Source: Octopus vulgaris (lineage: Eukaryota). From it: DNA of 64,000 nt. The stretch is taken from contig OX597817.1 of NCBI GenBank assembly GCA_951406725.2, positions 66,402,001 to 66,466,000 on the forward strand, written 5' to 3'. Shown here piece after piece: positions 1-13,860 of the stretch (the first letter of the stretch is position 1; the number at the start of each line of letters is the position of its first letter). Made by a program: the position numbers and the translations under genes. The notes under the pieces are model-generated. The model made no database searches, was not told the DNA's origin, and saw nothing but the letters and a program-made list of their open reading frames with translations.

Positions 1-344
1 TAACTTTGAAATGAACCATGTAATAAACAATTTGATCGGTCTTTGGCCATATACTCAGTTCTGATGATTGATGCGAGGATTGGCTAGGACTTCACACTGG
101 AGAATTTTAAATATTTTATTGAAAACTATCCTGTTGCAGCTGCTATCATGTTAGAATAATGTATCACTACATGTATACATCATCAACAGTGTGATGATTA
201 TGATGGAATACTTATAATTTTTAACAATTTTCGAAATGAAACAAGAACTTCTTTTATTTGCTAGATAGAAATACTTGAAACTGAATAGAAAAACTGAGTG
301 AACACTTGGTTGAATATCACATAAATGTGAAAGATTATTTGCTA

Positions 345-514
345 TTAGTGACAGAAGCAGTATGGTTCAGAATAGCATTCTTTTCAGCGCTAAATGTCAA
401 AATGAGAAGCCTTCTTTAAATGAATACTGCAATATTGTAGCTTTCTTACAGTATATCTACATTAAGTAAGATACATAGAATGCTATTCTAAACTAATACT
501 GCCTCTGTCACTAA
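345..514. mobile_element. MITE-like element with about 37-bp imperfect terminal inverted repeats
   Basis: 345-381 TTAGTGACAGAAGCAGTATGGTTCAGAATAGCATTCT is the near reverse complement of 477-514. No coding capacity and no clear TSD. Confidence 0.55.
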
Positions 515-1799
515 GCCTGCCAGCAATTTGTAACTCCAGTGATTTGTTAATCACGGTTTTTCTACATAAGTAGAGGCTAAATTTGTCTAAGCATGTTTGT
601 TGTCAGCGTATACCTGCTACTGATGACATGCAAAGATGCAAAAATCCAGATTTAGCAACTCTACTGCTGCTGCTGGATGCTTTTCATCTGGTACTGATTC
701 TGTGCTTTCCAGCTTCTACATCTATACAAGATGCTTTCTCAAGATGAATACTGCAGTTTTGAGACTTTCTGCAGTATATCAACATTGAGTAAGATATACA
801 GAAAGCTATTGCAAAATGTAGCAATTTTAGGAAATATCAGTGGAATTAATGAACTAGAGAACATACTGCAAAGATTGGATAAATGTGGTGAAGAATGGGG
901 GTGGGATAGTTCAACAATTTTATGTAACAGTAATGAAACAACTAGCAAATGAATATTTTCAAAGATCTAATACAAATTTATGAACTATATTGAATTTTGA
1001 GCTTAAAAAAATAATCCAAATGCTAAATTGCAATTTTCTTTTTTCTCTTAATTACGAAATCATATAGTTAACATTGTAGTCAGTTATAAATCAGTGTCTT
1101 CAATATGCTTCATTGGTATATCCATATTTCTTATATCTATCAAGAAATAAAAATGAAATAGAAAATTTACTTTATACTCAATGGAAAACTGATTCAGTGT
1201 AGTGAAATATGAAACAAAGAGACCCCAAAACACCCACAAAATCCCATGATAGAAAGCAACAACAATAACAACAACACACAACAGGAATAATACTTTTCAA
1301 AAATTATAACTGGAGGAAGACACCCCCCACCCCAACAAAAAAACCCAAAGAATTATATAATAGCTACTATGGCTATTACTTCTGTAAAGCAATTCCTCTC
1401 AGAATTAATTTTAGAAAAAAAGATAATTTCCATTTGATTTTATAAGTTTCTAGAAAGTAATAAAATACATCTGCTGAAACAGTGCTGCTATCACACAATG
1501 TCAAGACAGAGACACAAACATATAAACCTGTCTATAAAATACCTCCCTCATCTGTAGTCATTGTGACAAATCAAAAGAGATCATTATTGCTATCATTAAT
1601 AATTATGTCTTATTATTGTATCTTGAACACTTTGGAATTAGTTGTACCCAAATATGATGATCTAAATTAGTAAGGAAGAGTAAACAGTTAAAATGACAGA
1701 AACAATAATTTTTTTCAACAGCCTGCCTAAAACTTTATGAAAGATTGAAAACAAATAACAATAAAACATCAAGAATAGTGAATTAAATAAACTCATGGA

Positions 1800-1831
1800 G
1801 ACAGACGTTTCAGCAAATCCTTCTCAATGCC
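1800..1831 (-). ncRNA. Candidate minimal type I hammerhead ribozyme (U3-A8 core variant)
   Basis: Minus strand GGCA-UUGAGAA-GG AUUUG CU-GAAA-C-GUC-UGUC. Stem I GGCA/UGUC, compensated U3:A8 core, palindromic ACGU stem III, GUC site. Only 32 nt. Confidence 0.5.
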
Positions 1832-3129
1832 AAAGAATTGAGGATGAATAAAAAAAATCATTTTTTAAAAAGGAGAATACCCCGCCACTTGAGGAGTTAA
1901 TGTTTTGCCTATGAATCGTTGTCAAATATGATATTACTGCCCTATTTCCTTGAGAATGTAATTTTTAAACTTCCTTTAAATGAAAGATTCTCTGGTGGTG
2001 GTGATGATGTTGATGATGATGAAAACAATAACAATAAATTTTACAATTGTGCTTTTGTTTGGTATTTATTTGTATCTATCTACATATATTTTCTGCTAAC
2101 GGGAAAGACTTTAGTAACATCTGGTTACATAGTATGCATTTAATATTTATATAAAATTGGTGTTAAGTAGAAGTTAACAATTTGTGGCGTAGATGAAACC
2201 AGAGTGGAACAAAAAGGTGACAGATACACACACCACACTGCTTCCTACATAACATGTTGCAATTAAACTTACCAAAAAAAAAAAATCCTTCATTTCAAAA
2301 GGCAACGTGTAACTATTGAAATCTCTCTAGCTGAATACTTGGGGATTCTCTCTCTCCAAAGCAATTGCATCTTAAGAATTCCTAATATCCCAAACAATAC
2401 TGAAAAAAATTACATGAGACACACTGTGAACACTTTCAAGTTTTGTTGCTAACAGGATCTTCACACATTCAGAACAGGAATATAGAAAACTCCAAATCCC
2501 TGTCCAATTCATATGGAGACTCAATGACTGAGGATCCAAGAGCCTTCAAACAATAGATCAATAAAGCTACTTCATACTTCAATGGATCAACAAAACTACT
2601 TTATACATCAAATCAATAAACCCTCAAACATAGGTGGATCATGAAACTGCAAGTTTTCGTTATGAGAAAAGTTTCAGAAATTAAAGTAGTCAGTGAAGGT
2701 CAAAGATATTATCCAACTGTCATCACCAACATTCCTACAGGACAGCTTCAAAATGTCTGAAAACTCCAGGATCACTAATTCAAATTGGATTTGATAAGTT
2801 TCACAAAGTAGTTACCTTTGATGATCACAGGCTTGATAACCACTCAGCAGCCTCCCATTACAACACAATAGTTTAGTCATCTTCAACCTGAACATTATCA
2901 TCAGCTTTGACCACAGAGAATTGGTCAATTTAGTACTTTGCATACTTTGCAGACATGACTCTAATCACTACCGATTATCTAACCAATTAAATGTATACTT
3001 TACGTGTAACTATGAATAACAATGGTGTAAGTCACCAACTGTTTCCCAACATACACATGCACATACACATATCTAGGGAAAACAATATTCTGCTATGACC
3101 TAGGTTTAATAATTACAATAATAAATATG

Positions 3130-3177
<48 letters not shown>

Positions 3178-6100
3178 TATTTATGTAAAGAATATTAGTT
3201 GTTATCTACATATTAGGTTAGGATATGAAAAAAGAAATTCAGAAATAAATAAGAGTATGGCTTAATGATAGTTTGACCACATGTTTCACTTCTACTACCC
3301 AGTTAATAGTTCCTTCTCCACATTTCAGAGGAAGTTAAAAATAAGTACTATTAAGATATAGATATCAGTAAGTTTAAAAGATATTAACCATCAGTGTGAC
3401 ATCATGAAGTAGGAGAATAACATAGAATACATCAGAACAAGTGGTATATCCATGGTTATCCAAACTGAGGTGTAAATGGTGAGTTAATTTCAATTATGGA
3501 AGAAATACTTGAGTAAATAAAAGTGAATAATCTCCAACATACATGATTGTAATGGAATATAATTCATGCAATGAAATATAGACTCTATATTCTAGCTTGG
3601 AACCTGATCCACTAAATTACATTTTACAGTTTAAAACAATCTTCTCTCAAAAAACAATAGAAGTCCTTCATTTGTTCAATGCATTCAACCAAATCCTCCT
3701 CAATAAACTCCTTGACACCATTAGAAATATTAGTGATCACTTCTTTTAAATTCTGAAATCTAAAACATCATGGCTATAATGTAGATATATGGACTAGTTT
3801 GTTCAAATAGCTATTTCAATGTCATTGATCTGATGAAATGGCAACAAGACTATGTTCTAAAACTATTAATCCCATCTGAGTGAATCTATTACAACATTTA
3901 TATCAATATGTTTCAACAGATTTGATCTTTGATCATAATCAGACGTCTCATTACAACATAAAGTAGAGGGTCTGATCCCAGATAGGATGGAATCTAGGAA
4001 CCTTTATTTTAAAATCTAGTATAATAATGGCCTTATCTACTATGCACATACATCATTGATTTAATTCATAAAGACATTACTATCTGTATTTATGCTATTC
4101 AAAAAAGCCATTACTATCTGATGGCAACTCAAATCAACTGAAACTTAGTATAGATACTTTAAATATATGATCTAAAAATGAGGTTAACAAAGACTATATA
4201 ATCTCAATTAAGTTGCTGCTTAAGCAAGGCTGATGGGATCACACAACAATTACCATGACAATGTCCTAACTGACTATACAAATAGATGTTTGATTGAATT
4301 CAGTTCATGTAAAGTTTTTGTTTAGCTCTTTTTAAGTTGCTTTGGTTTTTTATTTAGTTCCAGAAAACTAGCATAATGCAATATTTTGTAAAAGAAAAAC
4401 ACAAAAAATAAACCATCAGCCATAACTGAATTCTGTGAGTGCTACCAATTATATTACTTACATGCCTGAATATAGCATAGGTAAATCTATAAATCAATTG
4501 CTATGAATTACTAATCAATTACTACAGCTAAAATCAGTTACTTTTTATTTGTGGTATTTTATACTGGTTTTTAACAAAGGTATAAGGCTATCACAAAGGA
4601 GAGAGGATGGGCTAAAGTAATATAAATTGACCTTAGTATTTGATTAATGTTTTATTTTCTAATTTGAACTCAGAAATTAAAATGTAAAGAGACATAAACT
4701 ATATACAACAAAGCATTTTATCTAACACTCTATGCACCACACAACCAATAATAATAATTACAACAACAATGTTTTCTAATATGGATAGAAGGCCATACAT
4801 TTTGGGAGAAGACTAAGTACAGTTAATTAGATTACATCAGTACTTGACTGATATTTGTTTTATTGATTGTTGAAGTATGAAGGGCAAAATTGATCTTGTA
4901 GGGATAACACATTTTAAAATGATGTAATATTGAGTCACAAAGTTACCTCAGTTTGATGTTCATCAGCAGCCAAAAAATCAATGGTTCACATCTTGTCATT
5001 TGTAATGTAGTGTTTCTATAGAAAACAGTTGCCATTCAACTTACAATGTTAACATTTAAATCCCTTAACTGCCCTGAGCAAGATATTAAACAACAACTAG
5101 TGGTGAGGATCCAGCTCAGGAGTTTTGGAGAGTGTAGAGTTGCCATTTAGTCACCACTTCTCTGTGTGATAGTACTTACCAAGAAACTTAGTTATGGGTC
5201 AAATAGCAGATGGCCTTGTGGATAAAGTATACAAGACTTTGAGGAGGGCTGGCCCCTAGACATGTGTCACATAGACCCACAGGTGTGTGGACAAGCCCTG
5301 ATGTCACATGTACCAGCCCCCACCCTGCCTGTAGGGGAACTAGCAGAGTAAACTGGCAAAAAAAAAAAGGTAATGGGAAATTGCTGAAGTATCTAGAACA
5401 AGAAAATTCACGAATCCTCAGGCTTTGTCATGTAGGTTCATGATCGCCACTGCTTGTAAGTATGGCACATGAAGAGAATGAGAAGTTTAAATTTGCATCT
5501 CAAGTAGATATATGTATTATTTTAAGCCACAGCAGCCCTATATAATTGATAAGTGAAAAGGGAAAAGAAACATACATACTTGCACTCACAAACATGCACA
5601 TATACAAAACAACTTTCTATGTACTCCAGGGAAAGTGTATAAAATAGAATGTTGGAGTATCATGAAGAAAAGAAATTCAATAGTTTCAGTAATGCTGATC
5701 ACAAAAAATATGTATAATAGTTGATATTTGGAAGAACATGTCACTGTCAAGTTGAAAATCTCAAGTAAACTTTGATGTATGAAAGCATTTCTAAACCGGA
5801 GATGAAACTAGAGTTAAATGTATTGCCCAGGAGTACATAACTCAAAGGTTTAAGTAGGACACAAAACAAACAAAGAACCAGGATTTCCCAAAGTTTATCC
5901 ACTCTGGATAAAGTACAATAGAACCTTCACTTCACTCAATGTTACCTACTGTATGGTTCTATAACAGTGAATATCTTGAAATATACACCCAAACAGATAC
6001 ATTTAACATGAGAGGTCTAGTAACTAGAATGATGGAAATATTCTTCAGGCTGATATGATTGTTCCCTACATATTGATGAATAACAGTAAGAAGAAAGGAG

Positions 6101-7377
6101 GATATGAGAAAAATCTGAATAACTTAATAATCTTATAATATATTACTGAATATTCAGAATATATTGTTAGCTAGAAGTAGTTAACCCACAAAAATTTGAT
6201 ATGTAATAACTACATGAAATAACTATTTAATGATTATTCATGATCCTATAAAAGAAATCCTTGATATACATAGATGTTTTTAGTTTAAATATTTGTGAGA
6301 GCTCCCCTGTTTACCAAATTACACACTAAATACCATATCAGCAACACTTGTTGAAATTTAGTATCTACTTAACTAAAACTTTACTTGATGATGCTATTCA
6401 TTCTAAAGCACTACAAACGTCAGTTTTAATAATAGAATATTAAAATACGAAAGCTATAACATTGCCGCATGATATCCTTTCGATATTCCTTTCACAGTTT
6501 TAATGATAATTTCTTGTAAAAATGTTGATGGATTCCAGTTGAAAGACCTTCAGAAACCTATTAATGAACCTCTGATTTTACTGTTAAAAAAAACATAAGA
6601 TGATAATAGTAATAATAATGGTAATAAAAATAATAATGTTGATAATAATAGTATACAATGATAATGATAGTTACAGTAATCATAAAAAGGCAGTGTTAAA
6701 TGTGAATAACACTAATTATAATAGTTTTTCACTTTATAAATCACACAATCTTTGTAATATATTCGCAATAATTATTTATCACCCCGTTTCACAATAAATA
6801 GATAAATAAATAAATTTCATTTTATTTTTTAAATGATAAATCTTAAAACATTTTATTTTGAATAAAACATTATTTTTTTTTGTTTTAATTTTCTTATTTT
6901 TTCGATTTCAAAATATTATTTTCATTATCAAACTAAAGATATTTAACATTTTTATTTATTTTTAACTTTAATATTCTTTATACTGTTAATTTTTTAATGC
7001 ATTTATCTATTAATATATGTTTTATTTTGATTTTTTTTATTATGGCTTCTGCTTTTTTCCTCTTTATATTCTTGCACAGTTCTATATGAATGTTACCACC
7101 ATTTGCTTATAACAAAGCAAAATTTTCAAATTTTTACTTATAATGAAGAATAAAATCTAAGATGTATGCTTTACCTTATGAAGATCACAAAAATATTCAA
7201 TCTGATAACCAGAATAAGTTGAGTTATATTTACTGATGAATTTACATATATCTGATCATGCATACATGCATGCACACACATACAACATCACAAGGACATA
7301 CATTAATGTACATGCACTCATATATGTATGCATATACACACATACACATATTCATATCATACACACACATATATATG

Positions 7378-7414
<37 letters not shown>

Positions 7415-7501
7415 ATAATATGTGTATATAAATATATATACCTTTTTCATGTACATACAATATTTATATACATACATGCATGCATATACATTTTTATGTA
7501 A

Positions 7502-7545
<44 letters not shown>

Positions 7546-7709
7546 GTATATATATATATAAAGAAAAATTATATAACATACCATAGAGCATATAAAGTAA
7601 TTTTATATAAAACATCTGTTTCTAGTCTTGCTTTAAAATAATTTAAAATAATTTTGGGAGTTATAAACTCAAAGTTATTTTATGGCAAGGGCTTTAATAA
7701 AATTTCCTT

Positions 7710-7747
<38 letters not shown>

Positions 7748-8014
7748 GTTGTGTGTATAGATATATGAGAGTACATTTCCCAGGTATTGCCTCCATTTTG
7801 TCAATCATCAAAAAAAAAAAAAAACTAAATACAAAAGACCAGTGAAATGAGTCAATGGTGTAAAAAAAAAAACAACAAAGAATAATAATTTTAACAACAA
7901 CAATAATAATAATAATAATAATAATAATTATTATTATTATTGAGATAAATACTATAAAAACCCACCCACCCAAACCTTCGGAGGGTAAATATGAAAAATT
8001 CTTATTGTACAATT

Positions 8015-8449
<435 letters not shown>

Positions 8450-8575
8450 CATTCTTTTAAGATCAAACTCAGATGAAAATAAAATATGTGAAAAGAATGT
8501 AAAAAAAGAGACAAAAACAACAACCCAAAATCAAATGGGGAACGGGGGAATTTTCTGGTTCGTATTTGCCTGTAA

Positions 8576-8806
8576 TTAGTCCACAAAGCGCGAACATGCT
8601 TTTTTCCATTTACACTGAGTGCACCACATGTCTCTGTTTTCCATACCGTAAACCTTGCGACACTTGCGCACTTCACTACGAGATTTCTTATGTGTCACTG
8701 TACATTTCTGTGGTGATGTTAGCATATGACATTTTGGTGACTGACTTTGATGCTGATGCAATCTCTCCTGTGGACTTGGTTTGCTCATACGAATTGGAGC
8801 AGATGC
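8576..8806 (-). CDS. ZNF704: ZNF704/ZNF395-family TF, last coding exon with C-clamp DNA-binding domain and TAA stop
   Basis: Acceptor ttcttacttgtag|GCA. Encodes [10 protein letters not shown]...[37 protein letters not shown], the basic plus four-Cys C-clamp shared by ZNF704/ZNF395/SLC2A4RG and TCF E-tails. Confidence 0.95.
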   Translation of the reverse strand, partial: ASAPIRMSKPSPQERLHQHQSQSPKCHMLTSPQKCTVTHKKSRSEVRKCRKVYGMENRDMWCTQCKWKKACSRFVD

Positions 8807-9084
8807 CTACAAGTAAGAAACAAAACAAATGAGATAGGGTATACATATATACACAGAACGTTCAGGCTACACATGATGTATTGGTGAATAGTCAATGGTG
8901 TTGGAAAGCATAAAGATTAAAGTTGTAATTGAGAAAAAGCTGATGTTGAAGACTGGAAGCAATCTGAATATTAGAAAAAGTGTTACCAGTATCATGATGA
9001 TTTGCATTGGTATCAGAATGCTAACATCATGATTGCAGCTCAATGGCCTGTGAACACTGTAAAGGATGTAAGATATGATGTGGA

Positions 9085-9710
9085 CACCATGTAAAATAAG
9101 TTCCCCCAAACTTTGATGGATTTTGGGTGTCTTTCTAGTGAGGGTGATATCATGTCACTCTACATCTTTGAAAGGGCCTCAGGCTCAAATGAGACAGCTT
9201 TGTGAAGTTGCTGAAGACTGTAGTCAAAACCTGTTTGGGGAGGGTTACTAATAGAAGGGCATATGTGTGGTATCAGGATTCAGCTCCTGCCATACCTCTG
9301 GAAAGAGTCAGAAAAGGTTGTTGGAGAATTTCTACAACTTCACCAGCCTCATTTTCTGGATTCTTAATTACCCCAACTGTAATCCATGAATTACAATGTG
9401 CAGGGCAGGTTAAGAAAGACACCAACTGCTCTGCCTGTAACAACAAGTCTGAGTTAGTAGTCAAGATCAAAGAGGTGTTCGAAGATCTTACTAGAGACAC
9501 AGAGAGGAATGCATTCATCAGTTTTTGGAGCTATCTTGAGGCTATGGAGGAAGATGAAGGCAGCTACTTTCAGTAAACTATTAACCCACAGCAATAATCT
9601 AGTTGATATTTTTTCATATTTTAAAATACTTTCTTTTTTTTTTTTTGATAGGATACTGTACTTTCTTTTTCTTTTATGCAAACTGTCAAATTTAGCCTGA
9701 ACACCCCTTG
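9085..9710 (+). mobile_element. Degenerate Tc1/mariner-superfamily transposon, 3' part
   Basis: Frameshifted transposase remnants including YVWYQDSAP, a decayed W-P-x-S-P-D-x-N-P-like segment and QVKKDTN...KSELVVKIKEVF. TIR-like end near 9685-9710. Confidence 0.7.
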
Positions 9711-10380
9711 CCTGCATGCATATGTTCGTACATACGTATGTATGTATATATGTATGTATGTATATGTATGCATGCATGTATATACACACATGCGCATATG
9801 TATGTATTATATGCATGTATGTGACTCTAGCATAATGTTTGCAGACAGATTGAAAAGCACATTTCAAAAATCCTACACTAACATGTAATCAGTTTACGGG
9901 TGATCTGCATGGAACTGATCAGATGAAAATGCTTGCTTGCAGCTAAATAACTAATCAAGTGTGAATTACAGTTGTGATTATTCTTTTATTCTTTTATTTG
10001 TTTCAGTCACATGACTGCAGCCATGCTGGAGCACCGCCTTAAGAATATAAGCAACATTAATCGATTTTATAATCTTACTGGATTCCCATCAGAGGTGTCT
10101 ACATCAATTTGATTTGTTATATTAGCTGTAAAATAATAAAAAGCAAACTAATCTAACAATACTGTTTTTTTTTACTAGCTTGAGTCATTGGGTTATGGCC
10201 ATGCTGGAGGACACAATATTCATATTGAAAATATAAACATGGATATTTTTTATTTATATAAGGCTTTTTTATCTGCTCAGAACCAGAGAATGTTCTCAGG
10301 AGTATTGTACTTCTTTTTAACATTTAAAATAATTTGATAAATTAAAAAATAAAGCAAAATTTATAAAGCATTTTACGTAC

Positions 10381-10542
10381 AGACTGTCCAGGAGATGTTG
10401 TCATGTTGACACGGTTTTGCCAGGAAAGTGACTTCTTGATCTGTGGCATATTGATGGGTATTGGGGTTGATGGACCTTCTTTTAAATAATTGCCTGAACC
10501 ACTTACAGAAGAATCAAGAGATTGGCTCAAGTATTGGTGTTC
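10381..10542 (-). CDS. ZNF704: ZNF704/ZNF395-family TF, internal exon (54 aa)
   Basis: Acceptor ttaatccag|GAA and donor TCT|gtacgt. 162 nt, open, phase 0/0: EHQYLSQSLD...KKSLSWQNRVNMTTSPGQS. Fits in frame between the flanking exons. Confidence 0.8.
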
Positions 10543-11986
10543 CTGGATTAAATATGAAATCAACAACAATAACAACAGCAAAAATAAAAGCAACTGGAAT
10601 TGTAAGAAGAGTTTATTGGCATTTGTCATATGAAGGGATGACCTTCCAAATATTAAATAATCAGCTATAATACAGATAGAGAAAACTGATGTGCAGTAAA
10701 ATGAAGGGCATAAATATTTCATGTCTTTGCTAGGATTATTTGTAATGTATATAATGTGCATATAAACTTGGAATTTTTGTAAACATCAATTCAGTTCAAA
10801 CTAGTCTTAGTTCTGCTGCAGTATATGAATGGATTTTTTTTAATAAGTTAAAATAAGTTAAGCAAAAGAAATGTGTTGCCTATAATCATTTCAGAGATTA
10901 TAGACACTACATGGTGAGATCAAAGCAGTTGGTGTCCAGCTTAAATATTGCTCTATAGTGCCTACTTGAGAATACTTATAATCATGTTACATGTTAACAC
11001 TTTTCCTGCCTGTCCATCCAAATTGGTTCCAAGGCCATGATACTTAACTATATCTATTTGATATAGTTCATTGCTGTAAACAACAGAATTACTGAAGATT
11101 GATCAAGTTTTTGTCAGCTGACAACACGAATTCAACTCATTTTGTGTGTCCAGAAAAGACATGCAAAAGACTGGGTTTACAAAATATCTCAATAACTCAA
11201 TATGTTATAAAATTAATTATCACCCCACCACCACTGTCTTAATTTATAAAAGAAGAAACTGGATGGCAAATGAGAGCAATAATGAAACTGGAGCACCTCT
11301 GCTGCTATACAACAAACCATTGCTTGCAGAATGTAGCAGAATCTGTTGCATAATCCCAAACGAGACTGGAATAGGAGCACACAACATGTGCAAGATTATT
11401 GGTTGTTTCTAAGTATTTAATAGACAAATTCTGCATCATAGGTATGTGCAGACATGCTGACCATCTCTGAGGGAGGTAGTGCATGCCAACAAGGGAGCTT
11501 ATATGTTGTTACTCAGTCTCATACAAATAGCAGCAAAATCTTCTTCAAATCCAAATGTATTATCTTAAATAAGGAAAAGTAATATTCAATGGAGTCCTAC
11601 ATAGTACAAAAAAGGCAGGATATTGGATTTAATACCTTTAATTATAGTTCAGCTCAACCAGAGTTGATGTAGGACTTGACAAGTACTAAGTCTATTGCTC
11701 ACAGAAGGTTCAAAAGATAAGACTAAGATGAAACAACAGTGAAAAATCTTCAATCAAAAATAAGTATTCTGTGATGTAATAACAATGATAAAATAAAGAA
11801 TATCTTATTTTATTCACTCTCAGACATATCTTTCAGTACTTTATTTTAAGTAACTGGACATAGATTTTTTGTAATGTGTCATCCCCTGGAATATTAAAAA
11901 TGACACATATATATAGAAAAAATATTCAAACAAAACTTGTACCTGAAAAAAATGTAGCTTTAACTAATCTCTTGACTTGATCTTAC

Positions 11987-12308
11987 CTTCTTTTGATAGT
12001 CATGGTCTGGAATCCCAAACACCCCTTTTGATGAAACCACATTCTTGGAAGTTGGTAGATTTATTGCAATGGGTGTGTTAGTCACCACAGGGATGTTAGC
12101 TGGTGTGGTTGTGGTTGTGGATGCACTACTTGATGAGAAGGCTTTGGTCGAAGATAGAGAAGTACTACCAGTAGCAGTAGGAACTAATGGGTCAACATAT
12201 TCAATGACATTATCTGTGTGACCACTATTACCACTACTACCGTCATCTGTAACTTCAATTTCTGTATAGTAGAATTCTTCTTCTCCATCCAGTTCTGAAT
12301 CCTCTCTT
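11987..12308 (-). CDS. ZNF704: ZNF704/ZNF395-family TF, internal exon (acidic GEEEFYYTEI motif plus Ser/Thr-rich region)
   Basis: Acceptor tttttgcag|A completes AG|A (Arg) from the upstream exon. Encodes REDSELDGEEEFYYTEIEV...PDHDYQKK, the family motif that follows the finger. Donor AAG|gtaaga, phase 0. Confidence 0.92.
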
Positions 12309-12599
12309 CTGCAAAAAAAAAAAAAATAACATATGTATATATGCGAGATAGAGAGTGAGATGTAGTGGTGTTGCATCAGGATTCAAGTCACAGATGTGCA
12401 ATACAATTTGACAATTTATAAAGCACAATACTATTAAGAAATAAACAAAAATGAATATAAGCAATATATGTTTTAAGAAATGGTTAGCAAAGCTCTTCTG
12501 CAAGGTGACTGTTTCAGTTTCAACCTATGAAGCCACTTAACAAACAAATACAACTTTTTGGTGTATGATTGTGTATGTGTGCATGAGTGAAGAGTTTAA

Positions 12600-12895
12600 T
12601 TGATCAAATCAAACCCAGTACTTATTAATAAGTTTTGTACTTGTTCTATCAGTGTCTTTTTGTCAAAGTGTGAGACTATAGGGAAATGAACATACACCCA
12701 CAGTCAAGTAGTGAAAGATAAATACAGTGACACATATATGCACATGGCAGGCTTCCACAGAGTTCCCACTCACTCCATTAATTCACAAGACATTGGTCAA
12801 CACATAGCTATAGTAGAAAACAATTGCCCAAGGAGCTGTGCAGTGGGACAGGACACAAAACCATATCATTACAAAGTGAATGACTATGTCTCTGC
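12600..12895 (-). mobile_element. tRNA-derived SINE (family A), degenerate
   Basis: Reverse-complement similarity to the SINE copies at 21596, 23625 and 40622. Confidence 0.6.
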
Positions 12896-12942
12896 AAAAT
12901 TTATATATATATATGTGCATATATATATATACATATATACAC

Positions 12943-12979
<37 letters not shown>

Positions 12980-13047
12980 AGTATATATGTTTCTATATAT
13001 GTATACATACATCTGTATAACCACACACATATATATATATAAGTGTG

Positions 13048-13079
<32 letters not shown>

Positions 13080-13081
<2 letters not shown>

Positions 13082-13367
13082 AAAAAATACAAAATGGGAC
13101 AAGAACGCAAAACATCCAAAAAGACGATACAAAAAACACGGACGGGTCATTCGAAGCCTTTAATCTTCAGTCAAGAACCGGATCATCCTCGCAATTTCAG
13201 CTGATTAATCTTGAGATTGCTCCAGTCTGGCCAACCCCAAGGAAAATCTAAGCTTAGAGCATTAGATTCTTTGAAAAAAGGATCGAGTGTATACGAAACA
13301 AGGAAGGAAAATGGACGATGTTACACGAATATAAATACAAAAATAATACAGAAAAACAATAATAATA
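13080..13367 (-). mobile_element. Insertion within (TA)n microsatellite, probably a retroelement terminal-repeat remnant
   Basis: About 285-bp CpG-retaining unique sequence flanked on both sides by TA/CA repeats. Contains the structured RNA motif at 13157-13242. Confidence 0.6.
13157..13242 (-). ncRNA. Candidate non-circularly permuted hammerhead-like ribozyme (copy 1)
   Basis: Minus strand CCUUGG|GGUUGG|CCAG|ACUGGA|GCAAU-C|UCAAGA|UUAA|UCAGCU|GAAA-UUGC|GAGGAUGA|UCCGGU|UCUUGA|CUGAAGA|UUAAAGG. Five helices pair, and all hammerhead core nucleotides sit in register with stems I and III. Confidence 0.6.
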
Positions 13368-13516
13368 CATATATATATACACACACATATATATATATAT
13401 ATTTCAACAGGTTTTGTCTTTAATTCTGCTGGGTTTCTAGCAACCCTCCTCAGCAGGGTAGCCTGGTGGGGGTGCCGGTTTAGTTACTGACAGTACAACC
13501 TGTTGCATGGATATAC

Positions 13517-13560
<44 letters not shown>

Positions 13561-13815
13561 CACGGAGTAGTTAAAACAGGGGACAACTGATGAAGGGAAT
13601 GCACTTTATGTGGCATGTCTTGTTTCTCTGTTTCCTTTTTCGTTGTTTGAAAAAAAGTTCGTTTTTATGTTTTCATTTCTCATTGTGTCTACGTTTTTTT
13701 GATGTCCTGTATCCATATATGCATGTATATATACATATATATGTAGGTATGTACATATATGTATGTATATATGCATGTATTTATATATTATTTATATTAT
13801 TACATATATATATAC

Positions 13816-13860
<45 letters not shown>

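Noticed and set aside
3170-3600. TA-adjacent insert with minus-strand GAAACAUGUG
   Set aside because: No CUGANGA core in register.
6380-6600. Strong minus-strand acceptor-like site (tttttttaacag at about 6581)
   Set aside because: All three downstream frames hit stops within 10 codons, so there is no coding exon support.
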